Numbered from the stretch's first letter, positions 8,908 through 18,484 are shown. The stretch: 64,000 nt of DNA from an uncultured Puniceicoccaceae bacterium (GCA_964430955.1 CAYSHY010000004.1:9971-73970), one strand, 5' to 3'. A program made the numbers and translations. The notes: generated by a model not told the origin, from the letters alone.

Positions 8908-10134
8908 TCAAGCTTCATTAGGCGCCCGCTCGTCTTTTGGCAGGCCGGTTTCGTGATCAATACCGTTTTGGCTTAACCACATCTCCAAACGGCGGATCTT
9001 TGGGAGCAGTGTGTTGTGCGACCAGCGGCGGCCGCCTTCGTAAGACCAATAAAGGCTGTGGTAGGAGTTGTAGTACTGGTCAAACTTCTCGATATAGGTA
9101 TCGCGTTGCTCCTCGAGCTCGATCAGGGACTCGCGAGCCTTCATCAGGCTCTTTCGAATACCTTCAAAGATTTCCTTGCGCGCCTTGTGAAAGAACTCAT
9201 CGGGCAGCCCGGGGATTAGCGCCTCCAGCATGGGATGCAGTCCTTCAGCCTTCCCGTCAGGGTGAGCTTCCACCCATTTGGCCACTGCCTGTAGCAGATC
9301 TTCCTTGCCGGCAGCATCGTGTTCTTCGAATGGCCGCTTGATGCGCGATTTTTCCTGAAGGGCTTCAAATGCTGCGAACGCGTCTGGGTAGAGCTTCGCA
9401 AACAGGTTATGTAGCGTCCGGGAAATGGGGAGTCGGGTATACTCCTCGGCGTGGAAGCCTTTGTCGCCGGGGCTGCGTTGCTTCATGCTCAGGAAGTTGC
9501 GGATAACTTCCTCCAAACGGTCGAGGTTGGAGAAAGCCGCGTCGCTAATAATCGCAAAACGGTCCGGCTCATGATCGATTCGCTGTAGCAGGGCTTCGTT
9601 GTATATCGCGTAAGTCTTAAAGACCAGTGACGGATCGGAGACAGCTTCCCAGTCGCGCCGCTTGACGAAGGAGACAAACACCTCCAGCGGGTGGCGATAG
9701 ATCACCAGGCCGCGCGCAGAGGGGAGCAGGTCCATCCAAAAGTCGACAAAGAGACATGTGCGGGGCTCTTTCCAGCCCCAGAATCCCTGCCGCTCTCGGG
9801 CCTCGATCAGCGATTGCGCCTCCAGCTGCTCTTGCTCGGTGGGCTCAAACACGAGCGGCGTGCGCCTGTAAATGCCTGTGTCGAAGAAGCGGGGCACATC
9901 CTCACGATTGCGCTCCAGCGCACGCAGGTGGAAGTCCAGCACATCCTTGTCCTCGAAGTGGCCGCGCGGATTTCCTTCGTTGCCTTCGAGCAGGTTCTGG
10001 CCGATGTCGACGCCCATGCGTTGCAGCAGGCTAGCCAGGAACGATGTTCCGCTGCGATGCATGCCAAGGATCAATAAGGGACTCCCTGCCGCTGTCTTGC
10101 TTGTCTCCATCAGCGCCATAGAGGAAAGCGGCAT
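8908..10134 (-). CDS. Sulfotransferase family protein with long helical C-terminal extension
   Basis: N-terminal PAPS-binding 5'-PSB-like loop LLILGMHRSGTSFLASLL, then typical FHLRA.. and WGWKEPR (W-K-D/E-P-R) sulfotransferase motifs. Confidence 0.7.
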   Translation of the reverse strand: MPLSSMALMETSKTAAGSPLLILGMHRSGTSFLASLLQRMGVDIGQNLLEGNEGNPRGHFEDKDVLDFHLRALERNREDVPRFFDTGIYRRTPLVFEPTEQEQLEAQSLIEARERQGFWGWKEPRTCLFVDFWMDLLPSARGLVIYRHPLEVFVSFVKRRDWEAVSDPSLVFKTYAIYNEALLQRIDHEPDRFAIISDAAFSNLDRLEEVIRNFLSMKQRSPGDKGFHAEEYTRLPISRTLHNLFAKLYPDAFAAFEALQEKSRIKRPFEEHDAAGKEDLLQAVAKWVEAHPDGKAEGLHPMLEALIPGLPDEFFHKARKEIFEGIRKSLMKARESLIELEEQRDTYIEKFDQYYNSYHSLYWSYEGGRRWSHNTLLPKIRRLEMWLSQNGIDHETGLPKDERAPNEA

Positions 10135-10231
10135 TTGACCGGCATTGGCAATCCTCTAGAATCAACTGCGGTGGAGGTTCGTCGCGCATTTGCTTGTAAC
10201 CGGGCAAGGCAGCGGCCTAATTATGGGTTTT

Positions 10232-11509
10232 ATGGACGTGATGATCATCGGATCGGGGGGGCGAGAGCACGCCCTGTTGAAAGCCTGCCTGGCCAGCCCA
10301 TTGGCAAACCGCGTAATTGCGGCGCCTGGCAACGCCGGTATGGCCGCCGAAGCCGAGTGCTTTCCACTGAGCGTCGAGGACGTGAAGGGAGCGGTCGCCC
10401 TTGCCACGCAAGAGAAGGTCGACCTGGTCATCATTGGTCCTGAAGTTCCCCTCTCGCTGGGCATGGCGGATGCGATCCGCGCGGCGGGCATTCTCGTGTA
10501 TGGCCCGGACAAGGAAGAAGCGCAGTTGGAGGGGTCCAAGGCATTCTGCAAACGCTTCCTGGAGCGCTACGAGATTCCCACTGCAGCCTCGCGCACTTTT
10601 GCTCGTTCACAGACGACGGCCGCGTTGGATTATTTGGAGACGCTGAGTTTGCCGATTGTCGTGAAGGCCAGTGGCTTGGCGGCCGGCAAGGGAGTGATTA
10701 TCGCCAAGACACGCAAGGAGGCGGAACATGCCGTGATGGACATGCATAGCGGCGAGCTCTTCGGCAACGCTGGCGACGAGGTAGTGATAGAGGAGTTTCT
10801 CGACGGTGAGGAAGCATCCATCACCCTCATGGTCTGCGGCGATCGCTATGTGCAGCTCCCCGCCGCACAGGACCATAAGCGGGTGGGCGAGGGCGACACC
10901 GGCCCCAATACTGGCGGCATGGGTTGCTATGCCCCGGCTTCAGTCGCTTCGGGTGAGATGGAGGAGCGTATTCGTAAGGAGATCATCGAACCCACCATGA
11001 ATGGCTTCCGGGAAGAGGGCTTCGACTTTCGTGGAACGCTTTTCATCGGCGTCATGATTACCCGTAGCGGACCGAAGGTGCTCGAGTTCAATGTGCGATT
11101 TGGCGATCCCGAGACTCAGGTCGTGCTCCCGTTGCTTGAGAACGATCCCCTTGAGATCATGCGAGACTGCGCCAATGGATCGCTCAACCCCGCCGATGTG
11201 CGTGTAAGACCCAGCTTTGCAATCAATGTTGTCTTGGCGGCCAAGGGTTACCCCGGCGCCTATTCAAAGGGCGACTTGATCAAGCTTCCTCAGGACCTGC
11301 CCCCGGGGTGCTCCATCGTTCATGCCGGTACCGGTAGCGATTCGAACGGGAACTTTATCTCCGCCGGTGGTCGAGTTTTGGGTGTAACCGCTTTCGGAGA
11401 TACCCTCGCTCAGGCCGCCGAAGCCGCCTATAAGGTCGTCGACGCGATAGAGTGGAATAACAAATACTTCCGCCGTGATATCGGGCATCGACAGCTCAAG
11501 CGGGAATAG
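10232..11509 (+). CDS. purD: Phosphoribosylamine-glycine ligase
   Basis: MDVMIIGSGGREHAL N-terminus, ATP-grasp core (VVKASGLAAGKGV, EEFLDGEE), C-terminal GGRVLGVTA. The ORF-track start at 10190 is TTG. ATG 10232 gives a canonical N-terminus. Confidence 0.95.
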   Translation: MDVMIIGSGGREHALLKACLASPLANRVIAAPGNAGMAAEAECFPLSVEDVKGAVALATQEKVDLVIIGPEVPLSLGMADAIRAAGILVYGPDKEEAQLEGSKAFCKRFLERYEIPTAASRTFARSQTTAALDYLETLSLPIVVKASGLAAGKGVIIAKTRKEAEHAVMDMHSGELFGNAGDEVVIEEFLDGEEASITLMVCGDRYVQLPAAQDHKRVGEGDTGPNTGGMGCYAPASVASGEMEERIRKEIIEPTMNGFREEGFDFRGTLFIGVMITRSGPKVLEFNVRFGDPETQVVLPLLENDPLEIMRDCANGSLNPADVRVRPSFAINVVLAAKGYPGAYSKGDLIKLPQDLPPGCSIVHAGTGSDSNGNFISAGGRVLGVTAFGDTLAQAAEAAYKVVDAIEWNNKYFRRDIGHRQLKRE

Positions 11510-11599
11510 GCGAGCGTTTTGGGAACAGGATTGCAGCGCCTGAGATCTGCAGCGACCTCAGTTCCTTCGGCATTTATTGAGGAAGTTTGTGTGTGCGTC

Positions 11600-13375
11600 T
11601 CAGCCTTCAACTTCCGTCTGTTGAAGCTTCACAGCCAAGGCGGCTTGCTTGCGTGCTTCAATCTTCGCCTGCAGGCACATACCAAAGCCTAGCAGGAAGG
11701 TGCTGCCCGCCACAAACAGGATGCCCATGCGACCCCAGAGAGGATTGGGCACAAGGAGGAGAAGAAACATCATTCCGCCGATGGATGCGGTTGCAGCGCC
11801 AGTGAAGAGTAGTTGCCCGGCGTCACGAACGACTCCCACCTCTTTCTCATAGTCGACTGGCGTGTGCATCAACTGGAAGAAAGCGTCCACTTCTTCTTTC
11901 TCTTGCCTCGATCGGTACCGGTGGAGTGACCACGCGATAATTGAGGCTACTGTTCCGAAAATGAAGCCCCACATTGCGCGGGTTTGGATCGTCCACGCAA
12001 CACCGTTGAGCTTTTCGTCCAGGACTGAATAAGCGGAGGGCAACGCAGTACACCCCATGATAAACCAGTAGCCCCATTTGGGCATCTTTTTGAAGATGAG
12101 ACCCATGAGGGTGGGCAGAGTCAGCGGTATGCCAATGATTGAGCCAATGAGCAGGTAGGCATTGAAGAGGATCAGCTCCTGATTCATTGAGAACAAGAGG
12201 CTATAGATGATGATTAGCGCTCCAATCCCGAGGGAAAGCATCTTGCAGATGAACAGCGTGGTGTTGTCCGAGAGTTCCCTGGCGTAGCCAAACGCCGCCC
12301 GCAACTTTGGAAGGATGTTACGCGCAATGTTTCCAACTTGCTCATTGAGACCAGAGTCCATGCTGCTCATCGTTGCCGAGAACATGGCTGCAATCATGAT
12401 TCCCATCAGGCCGTTGGGGAGTAGTTCTCTAGCAATAAATGCGTAGGACATCTCGGCTGCCTTGTCGCCGTGCATGGCAATAAGCTGGTCGCCATACAGG
12501 AAGCGCGAGACCATGGGGGGAAGGAACCATACGAAAGTGCCGATCGCCATGAGCACTGCCGCAAGAAGCGAGGCGCGGGCTGCCTCTCGTCCATCCTTTG
12601 CCGAGAGGAATCGTTGAGCGCTGTTGAAGCCCACCTGAACGTAAAGCTGCATGAGGAAGATGACGACAATCCACTTCATGGTGAAGCGGTCGCCGGAAAA
12701 TGCCCCCGGCTCCTTAACGAACTTGAAGTCCTCTGCGAATCGGGGATCCGAGAAGTAACCGAAAAATTCGGACAAGCCACCCACCTTGATCAGCGCCAGC
12801 ACCCCTACCAGAATCGTAATGACAAACATAACGATTCCCTGGATGAAGTCGGTTGCCATGACGGCCCACTTCCCACCGGTTGCGGAGTAAATGACCACGA
12901 TTATGCCTACCGCGATGATCGTTGGCTTGAGTGGGAAGCCGAAAACGCTGCTGGCAAAAATGGCCAAAGCCCAGAGCTGAATTGCGGCTCCAATCGGGTT
13001 CAGAAAGAGCGCTGTGTAGGCGAAGAACTGCTCAACTTTCGGGCCAAACCGGGCGCGCAGCACATCCGGCACGGTATAGGCGCGGGTCTGCCGCATCCAT
13101 CTGCCGAGAAACCAGAAGCCAATCAGGTAGGAGCATACATTCGCAACGTAAATGACCAAGAACGTGGGCCCTGCCTCAAATGCGGCAGAAGCATTGCCTG
13201 TAAAGGTGAACGCGCTGATCCCGGCCATTAGCATACTCGTGCCAACCAGCCACCAGCTGCCTTGGGCGCCGCCGCGGATAAAGTCGCTCAGATTCGAGTT
13301 AAAGCGCGAGAACAGCTTCCCCAGCACTAGGAGGGTGCCAAAATAAAAGAGTAGGGTAACGTATTCTAGTGTCAT
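11600..13375 (-). CDS. Sodium:solute symporter (SSS) family transporter
   Basis: 591 aa and polytopic (13 or more hydrophobic segments). Has an SSS-like N-terminal block GGAQGSWWLVGTSMLMAGISAFTFTG. Confidence 0.85.
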   Translation of the reverse strand: MTLEYVTLLFYFGTLLVLGKLFSRFNSNLSDFIRGGAQGSWWLVGTSMLMAGISAFTFTGNASAAFEAGPTFLVIYVANVCSYLIGFWFLGRWMRQTRAYTVPDVLRARFGPKVEQFFAYTALFLNPIGAAIQLWALAIFASSVFGFPLKPTIIAVGIIVVIYSATGGKWAVMATDFIQGIVMFVITILVGVLALIKVGGLSEFFGYFSDPRFAEDFKFVKEPGAFSGDRFTMKWIVVIFLMQLYVQVGFNSAQRFLSAKDGREAARASLLAAVLMAIGTFVWFLPPMVSRFLYGDQLIAMHGDKAAEMSYAFIARELLPNGLMGIMIAAMFSATMSSMDSGLNEQVGNIARNILPKLRAAFGYARELSDNTTLFICKMLSLGIGALIIIYSLLFSMNQELILFNAYLLIGSIIGIPLTLPTLMGLIFKKMPKWGYWFIMGCTALPSAYSVLDEKLNGVAWTIQTRAMWGFIFGTVASIIAWSLHRYRSRQEKEEVDAFFQLMHTPVDYEKEVGVVRDAGQLLFTGAATASIGGMMFLLLLVPNPLWGRMGILFVAGSTFLLGFGMCLQAKIEARKQAALAVKLQQTEVEG

Positions 13376-13531
13376 CGAGGTTTTGAGGAAGGGGTGATTT
13401 CTTGAGCCATGGTGTGGCTTGGAGGCGTGCCGCCAAGGGAAACCCTGGAAATCTTAACGGGATAAGGGAGAAGACCAGCGCCCACAACAATAGCCTTCAA
13501 AAAAGAAAGCGCAGAGTATCAGCCGACACTT

Positions 13532-15796
13532 TTACCTGACTTCAGCCCGCACCAGAAGTCTTCCATGTCCACGATGTGTGAAATAGGCAGTCGATGCGGC
13601 TTCCAAATGATGCCACTGGGCCTCGATTTCCCGCTCATCATCATCCACCAGCTGCAGTTCCTCGGGTTTGGCGTTCAAGGTGATGGAAGCAAAGCCGAAG
13701 GCGGTAAACAAGTAGATCATGCCGTCTTCCCCAGTTTCCACATTGTCGAGTTGAACGTGTGACTTAAGCCAAAGAAGGCATGGCTCGCCCGGTACGAGGT
13801 CAATGTAATGTTTCTGGTCTGCTTGGATTGCGTCCTGAGGGATCTGAAGCGTTCCGGGAAAAGGTTTTCCATCGATCCTGATCATCAGATGCCTGGCTTT
13901 TCCCTCGGGCCACGAGAAATACAGACTAGCGCCGCGCCAGGAGTAGTTTTCCAAATGCTCGAATGCCTTGGTGGGACGCATGGCGAGACCATAGGGTAAC
14001 CGGCGCAAGCCGAGCGACGACCACGCGCCCATCCACGTTCCCATGGAGAATGCCTGGGGCCTTATGTCGTGATGAAGATCTCCCTGCGGCGCATTGAACT
14101 TCTCGGGCATGGCGCCGCCCATGGGCAGGTAAGATCCCGGCCGAAAGGTTTCCTCGGCCACGCGCTTGTGCATCGAGATGAGTCGTTCCTCTGGAAAAGT
14201 CCAGGTATCAACAGCTGCCATGGTGCTGCTTATGGCATTGATCCAGTGCATTTCCGGGTCGGCTTCAAGCGCTGCCATGGTTGTTTTCACGATGTTGTCC
14301 CATTCCGCCAGCGGTATGAAGTTCGGCAGAGTAAGTCCCCACACGCAGCAACTGGCAACCTGCCCCCAGTGCGGTACGATGATGCGCTCGCCATCTTCCG
14401 TGAGCTGCTCCGCATAGACCGGAATGCCGTCGTTTCGCTTGTTGATCAGTTTCTCCAGCTCCGGCCAAACCCGATCGGCTCGCCGCAGGTAACGATCCTC
14501 GCCACGCATCGCCGCCAACATCGTGTAGGCGCTGTGCATGATCAGGTTGAAGTAGAGATCGTAGTTCCGGACAATTCGCCTTCCCTGCCACTGGAGCGCT
14601 TCGGAGGGGCGCGCCAGGGGCTTCCCAATCGCGTAGTCCCAGCCGTAGTCGCGACAGTTCAATGTCGGGGTCTCGTCTGCAAAGTGTTCCCCGTAGAGGC
14701 CGCGTGCTGGGTCCCAGTTCACTTTCTCCATCCACTCCAGCGCTTCGTCGATAAGCTCCCAATCAGATTCCGAGACGGAGCCAAAACTGCCGAATTGCGT
14801 CCAATGGGTGAAAATCAGCTGAACAACATAATATACACCGTCGGATTCGAGCTTTCCGTAAGTACGGTCTATAAGCTGGCCGAACATACGCCCCCGGGGC
14901 AGGCAAGGGTCGCTCACACTTAAAGGATTATCGAGCAGGAGACGAATCAGGGCGTCCAGCTTGTGAGGCCATCCGGCAGCAGCCTGGTAGGGAAAACAAA
15001 ATCCCGCGTCCCGCACCCAAACGAGATAATAGATGGCCTTGAGCGATGCTCGCATTACGCCGCTCTCGTCAATCAGAGAATGCAGGGAACGCGCGCAGAT
15101 ATCCCTAAGTTTCTCAAGTTCCGGATGGGCGTTGGAGCGGATGCGTCCCTGGGCTAGAACGGGCTTCAGGCAGTCTTCGATATGCGAGCGGATTCCCTCG
15201 GGACCCAATTGGCAGCATTCGCGGATCGACTCCTCCTTTGCCGCCACATGGAGTCCAGCGCCAATTGCAATTACCTGTCCCGCAGAGAGCCGTGTGCGAG
15301 TATATCTTGGGCGCTCGGGCGCCTGTATACGGCAGTGTCGAAACGCGCCTTCTCCCGGCCCCAGCTCGGCTATAAATCGGAAGTCGTAGCGCGGCTCGCG
15401 ATGCAGCGTTTGGAACGACTGAGCGCTTTCCTCCAGCGGTGTGTCATGTCGATGGGTCTTGATCTCCACATCGAAAGGCGCATCAGCCCAGAGAAAGACT
15501 ACCGGCAAGTCCGGAGAGACTGCTAAATGGAGCTGGCGACCTTTGAAGTGCAATACACTGTGGTACGGATCGTAGTCGCAATGTGAGAAGCTTCCAAGGT
15601 CGCACCCTGGCAGCGTTATGCTCTCGAACACACACAATTGGGCGTCGCGACTTGAATAATTGCGATCCGCGCAGTCAGTCGATTCTCCAGCCTTTGGCGA
15701 CCACCAGAGCGTCAGTTGCCCGTAATCGATCGTAAATTCGACCCTGAGTGCCTGCGGATTGGAAAGGAAAACCTGAACGGGCGCGTGCATAGACAA
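13532..15796 (-). CDS. Cytoplasmic (alpha/alpha)6-barrel glycosidase-like protein (GH15/GH63/debranching-enzyme-like superfamily)
   Basis: 754 aa with no signal peptide. YYLVWVRDAGFCFPY resembles the WxRD signature of six-hairpin glycosidases. Aromatic and acidic-rich helical repeats are present. Family assignment is tentative. Confidence 0.55.
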   Translation of the reverse strand: MSMHAPVQVFLSNPQALRVEFTIDYGQLTLWWSPKAGESTDCADRNYSSRDAQLCVFESITLPGCDLGSFSHCDYDPYHSVLHFKGRQLHLAVSPDLPVVFLWADAPFDVEIKTHRHDTPLEESAQSFQTLHREPRYDFRFIAELGPGEGAFRHCRIQAPERPRYTRTRLSAGQVIAIGAGLHVAAKEESIRECCQLGPEGIRSHIEDCLKPVLAQGRIRSNAHPELEKLRDICARSLHSLIDESGVMRASLKAIYYLVWVRDAGFCFPYQAAAGWPHKLDALIRLLLDNPLSVSDPCLPRGRMFGQLIDRTYGKLESDGVYYVVQLIFTHWTQFGSFGSVSESDWELIDEALEWMEKVNWDPARGLYGEHFADETPTLNCRDYGWDYAIGKPLARPSEALQWQGRRIVRNYDLYFNLIMHSAYTMLAAMRGEDRYLRRADRVWPELEKLINKRNDGIPVYAEQLTEDGERIIVPHWGQVASCCVWGLTLPNFIPLAEWDNIVKTTMAALEADPEMHWINAISSTMAAVDTWTFPEERLISMHKRVAEETFRPGSYLPMGGAMPEKFNAPQGDLHHDIRPQAFSMGTWMGAWSSLGLRRLPYGLAMRPTKAFEHLENYSWRGASLYFSWPEGKARHLMIRIDGKPFPGTLQIPQDAIQADQKHYIDLVPGEPCLLWLKSHVQLDNVETGEDGMIYLFTAFGFASITLNAKPEELQLVDDDEREIEAQWHHLEAASTAYFTHRGHGRLLVRAEVR

Positions 15797-15897
15797 TCCT
15801 TCGAAGAGGATGATGTTTGCACCTCCGGATCGACCTTGGCGGGGGCTTTCCTCGTCAAGTGGAGGGGGCGCGTGCGAATCCAGAGAATCGAGACGCT

Positions 15898-16407
15898 CTA
15901 TGACAACTTGCCGCCCTGATCTTCGGATCCTGCCTGAGCGTCGGCTATTCTGACGACAATCCGGAATGCATCTCGGCCTACAACGACAACAGGGGCGCCG
16001 CGGTCTAGCATGCCGCTCTGGGAGAGAGCTTCATAACGGCGACCATTGATGCGGACGACACCTGAAGGCGTCAGCCGGGTCACGGCTTCGCCGCTCTTGC
16101 CGATGATTTCCTCTTCATTTGGAAGGGGGGACCGAGCAGTGCTCTTGATCTGGGACGTAAGGAAGAAACGTCTGCCCAGCGACGTACGACGCAAGATATA
16201 CAGCTCCACCAGAAGGGAGATCAGGACAAGGGCCAGTGCTGAGACGAGGGCAATAAGTCCGTAGTATGTCCCATAATCAAGCCACGCAACGGCCACGGCA
16301 GCCCCGATCGCACAAATCCCAAAAAAGCCAAGGATGCCTCCGGGCACGAAGATCTCCGCTCCAATGAGAATAAGTCCGGCGATGGTAAGGGTAATGATCT
16401 TGTCCAT
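15898..16407 (-). CDS. NfeD family membrane protein (short form: TM helices plus C-terminal OB fold)
   Basis: Three or four N-terminal hydrophobic helices, then the NfeD C-terminal pattern GKSGEAVTRLTPSGVVRINGRRYEALSQSGMLDRGAPVVVVG. Confidence 0.75.
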   Translation of the reverse strand: MDKIITLTIAGLILIGAEIFVPGGILGFFGICAIGAAVAVAWLDYGTYYGLIALVSALALVLISLLVELYILRRTSLGRRFFLTSQIKSTARSPLPNEEEIIGKSGEAVTRLTPSGVVRINGRRYEALSQSGMLDRGAPVVVVGRDAFRIVVRIADAQAGSEDQGGKLS

Positions 16408-16427
16408 GATGAGCTAACCGGTTGTGC

Positions 16428-17933
16428 CTATGATTCCAACTTGTCCACGAGGAGGTGGAAGTTGTTGTAGCCAGTAATCACGACAGTGTCCCCCCGGTCT
16501 GCCCAGCCGCCGACGAGCGTTGCCTCGTATTGGACGTTGCCGACCTCGATTCTGCCGGACGGACGTAAGTGGGTTACGGCAATGCCGCGCGCGCCAATCG
16601 CTGGCATTGTTGAGCCTGCGGCTCCGCTGGAGGCAATCTTCTCATAGGCTGGAGCGCCGCCGCTGGTTTTCTGAAGAACCAGCTTGTTCCACAACCAGCT
16701 GCGCGGCAGGAAGCGATACAGGAGCGCAAAGAAAAATATCGTGATAAGGAGACCGAAGGCTATATCTCCCATCGCGCCGAGCACATTGGCCATGTCGATG
16801 TCGAATCCTGGGCCGTCTGTCTTTGGCCAAACGTCCGACAGCGACCATAGTAGAGCGCCCAGCATCAGGATAACTCCCGTTATAGCGAGGAACATTACTC
16901 CGGGAATCAGGAGCAACTCGACCATGATCAACGCAAAACCGATTACGAAGAAGATCAACGGTTCATATCCCGCCAGGCCAGCTACGTAGTTGCTGAGGAA
17001 GACCACGCCCAGAAGGCACAGGCCGGTTATGCCCATTGCGCCAAACCCGGGAGAGTAGAATTCGAGCATTAGCAGCAGGAAGCCCAAGCCGAGAAGAATC
17101 GGTGTGATCTTCTCCATGAACATGGCGACTTCCTCAGACCAAGTGACTTCCAGTCTGGACAGAGTATATTGCTGGCCATATTCCGCCTCCAGCAACGAAG
17201 CCACGTCTTGATGGATCCCAGACGCAAGCAGCGGTGTTGGTGGGTCCCCGTATAGCTCGAACGCTTCTTCCGCAGTGAGCATCAGGAGATTTCCTTCAGG
17301 GCTAATGACCTTCCCATCCAGCTCCAGCACATATTCCGAGACCATCATGGCTCGCAATACATCTGCGCGGCGCGGGCGCTCATTGTTTATGGCGCGCACT
17401 TTGGCGTCCATGTAGCTGTTGAGCTTCTGTCTGAGAGTTTCGCCCAAATCCTGTCCGGTGGAGGTAATGATGCCGGCAGAGCCGATGACGCTGCGAGGCG
17501 CCATGAAGATGTCATCTGCAGCCATGGAGATTACTGCGCCAGCTGACGTTGCCTCCGTATTTACAAAGACAATGGTGTGGCCCTCAAAGCGGTCCAGCAT
17601 CTCCATCATCTCGAGCATGATGTCTGCACGGCCACCGGGAGTGTCCATATCCAGGAGCAGCACCTCGGCGCCCGAGTCGATCGCCTGTTTGATGGCGCGA
17701 CGCATTACATATTCCTGCGTCTTGCCAATCGGGCCATGGACGGGGATGAGCAGGACATCTGCGATGCCGTCCTCCGGTATTGGAGGCGGGGGCTTGACCC
17801 ATTGCCGGGGCGTCTCGTTTGTTTCGTTAAGCAGCGCTTCTTGCGCCGCGGAGTCTTCTGCTTCTGTATCTTCTTGTGCGCAAAGCCCGACGACGCCCAG
17901 AATCAATGACATCCAAATAAGCAGCCAGCGCAT
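16428..17933 (-). CDS. NfeD-type membrane-bound ClpP-class serine protease (long form)
   Basis: Signal/TM segment, then a ClpP/crotonase-like domain VLLIPVHGPIGKTQEYVMRRAIKQA..LLLDMDTPGGRADIMLEMM...TSAGAVISMAAD. A multi-TM block follows, then a C-terminal OB segment GARGIAVTHLRPSGRIEVGNVQYEATLVGGWADRGDTVVITG. Confidence 0.85.
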   Translation of the reverse strand: MRWLLIWMSLILGVVGLCAQEDTEAEDSAAQEALLNETNETPRQWVKPPPPIPEDGIADVLLIPVHGPIGKTQEYVMRRAIKQAIDSGAEVLLLDMDTPGGRADIMLEMMEMLDRFEGHTIVFVNTEATSAGAVISMAADDIFMAPRSVIGSAGIITSTGQDLGETLRQKLNSYMDAKVRAINNERPRRADVLRAMMVSEYVLELDGKVISPEGNLLMLTAEEAFELYGDPPTPLLASGIHQDVASLLEAEYGQQYTLSRLEVTWSEEVAMFMEKITPILLGLGFLLLMLEFYSPGFGAMGITGLCLLGVVFLSNYVAGLAGYEPLIFFVIGFALIMVELLLIPGVMFLAITGVILMLGALLWSLSDVWPKTDGPGFDIDMANVLGAMGDIAFGLLITIFFFALLYRFLPRSWLWNKLVLQKTSGGAPAYEKIASSGAAGSTMPAIGARGIAVTHLRPSGRIEVGNVQYEATLVGGWADRGDTVVITGYNNFHLLVDKLES

Positions 17934-18011
17934 AATGAGAAAGTATCGCGCTCAATTCCGAATCAGGCAAGCGCGGAGGGGGAGGGGTTTAGGAGCGGCG
18001 AGGACCGGGGA

Positions 18012-18314
18012 CTATACCTCGTAGTCGACGACTGCGCGGGTGCTGACAACGCTCTGGATGAAGTCGCGCACTTTGACGTGCTCCGGGTGTTCGATGTAAG
18101 TCTGCAATCCTTCGCGATCCTTGAATACGCTGTAGAGCGCCAGATCAAACGACGCGGGGCTGTGGACGATGTCTTCGCCGCACTCAATCTCCAGAATCTC
18201 GGGAATCAGAGGCTTCAGCGCCAGCAGCTTCTCGCGCACAAGACGCGCGTTCTCGGAGGCGCTGCGTCCATCAGCTTCTTCCTTCAACTTCCAGAAAACG
18301 AGATGCTTGATCAT
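18012..18314 (-). CDS. Dabb (stress-responsive alpha/beta barrel) family protein
   Basis: 100 aa. MIKHLVFWKLKEE...LKPLIPEILEIECGEDI...YSVFKDREGLQTYIEHPEHVKV is the typical Dabb pattern. Confidence 0.8.
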   Translation of the reverse strand: MIKHLVFWKLKEEADGRSASENARLVREKLLALKPLIPEILEIECGEDIVHSPASFDLALYSVFKDREGLQTYIEHPEHVKVRDFIQSVVSTRAVVDYEV

Positions 18315-18344
18315 GAAAATAGACTAGAATGGGAGGCGAGGCGG

Positions 18345-18372
18345 GTGGCAAGTGGCAAGTGGCGGGTGGGCT
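18345..18372. repeat. Four tandem heptamers GTGGCAA-GTGGCAA-GTGGCGG-GTGGGCT in a divergent promoter region
   Basis: Read directly at 18345-18372. It lies 31 nt from the Dabb start (18314, minus strand) and 113 nt upstream of the kdsA ATG (18485). Confidence 0.6.
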
Positions 18373-18484
18373 GCAAGGTGCAATCAGGTCATCGTATACA
18401 CTAGAAGGCGGTCTGCTGGAGCGGGACCGGGGGGGCGCTTACTTTTGCTGGCGCTGGCGGCGACGGGACTCCATTCTCCGGTTA

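Noticed and set aside
12470-13231. 253-aa plus-strand ORF inside the symporter gene. Similar cases are 14069..14923, 20874..21518, 38562..39257, 44117..44758, 56313..56870 and 61744..62259.
   Set aside because: All are antisense to ORFs with strong family signatures and lack any recognisable motif or sensible hydrophobicity pattern.
18331-18372. G-quadruplex formed by four GGG tracts in the Dabb/kdsA spacer
   Set aside because: The loops between the tracts would be about 9, 18 and 1 nt. The long central loop makes a stable G4 unlikely, so the tandem heptamer description is the better supported observation.
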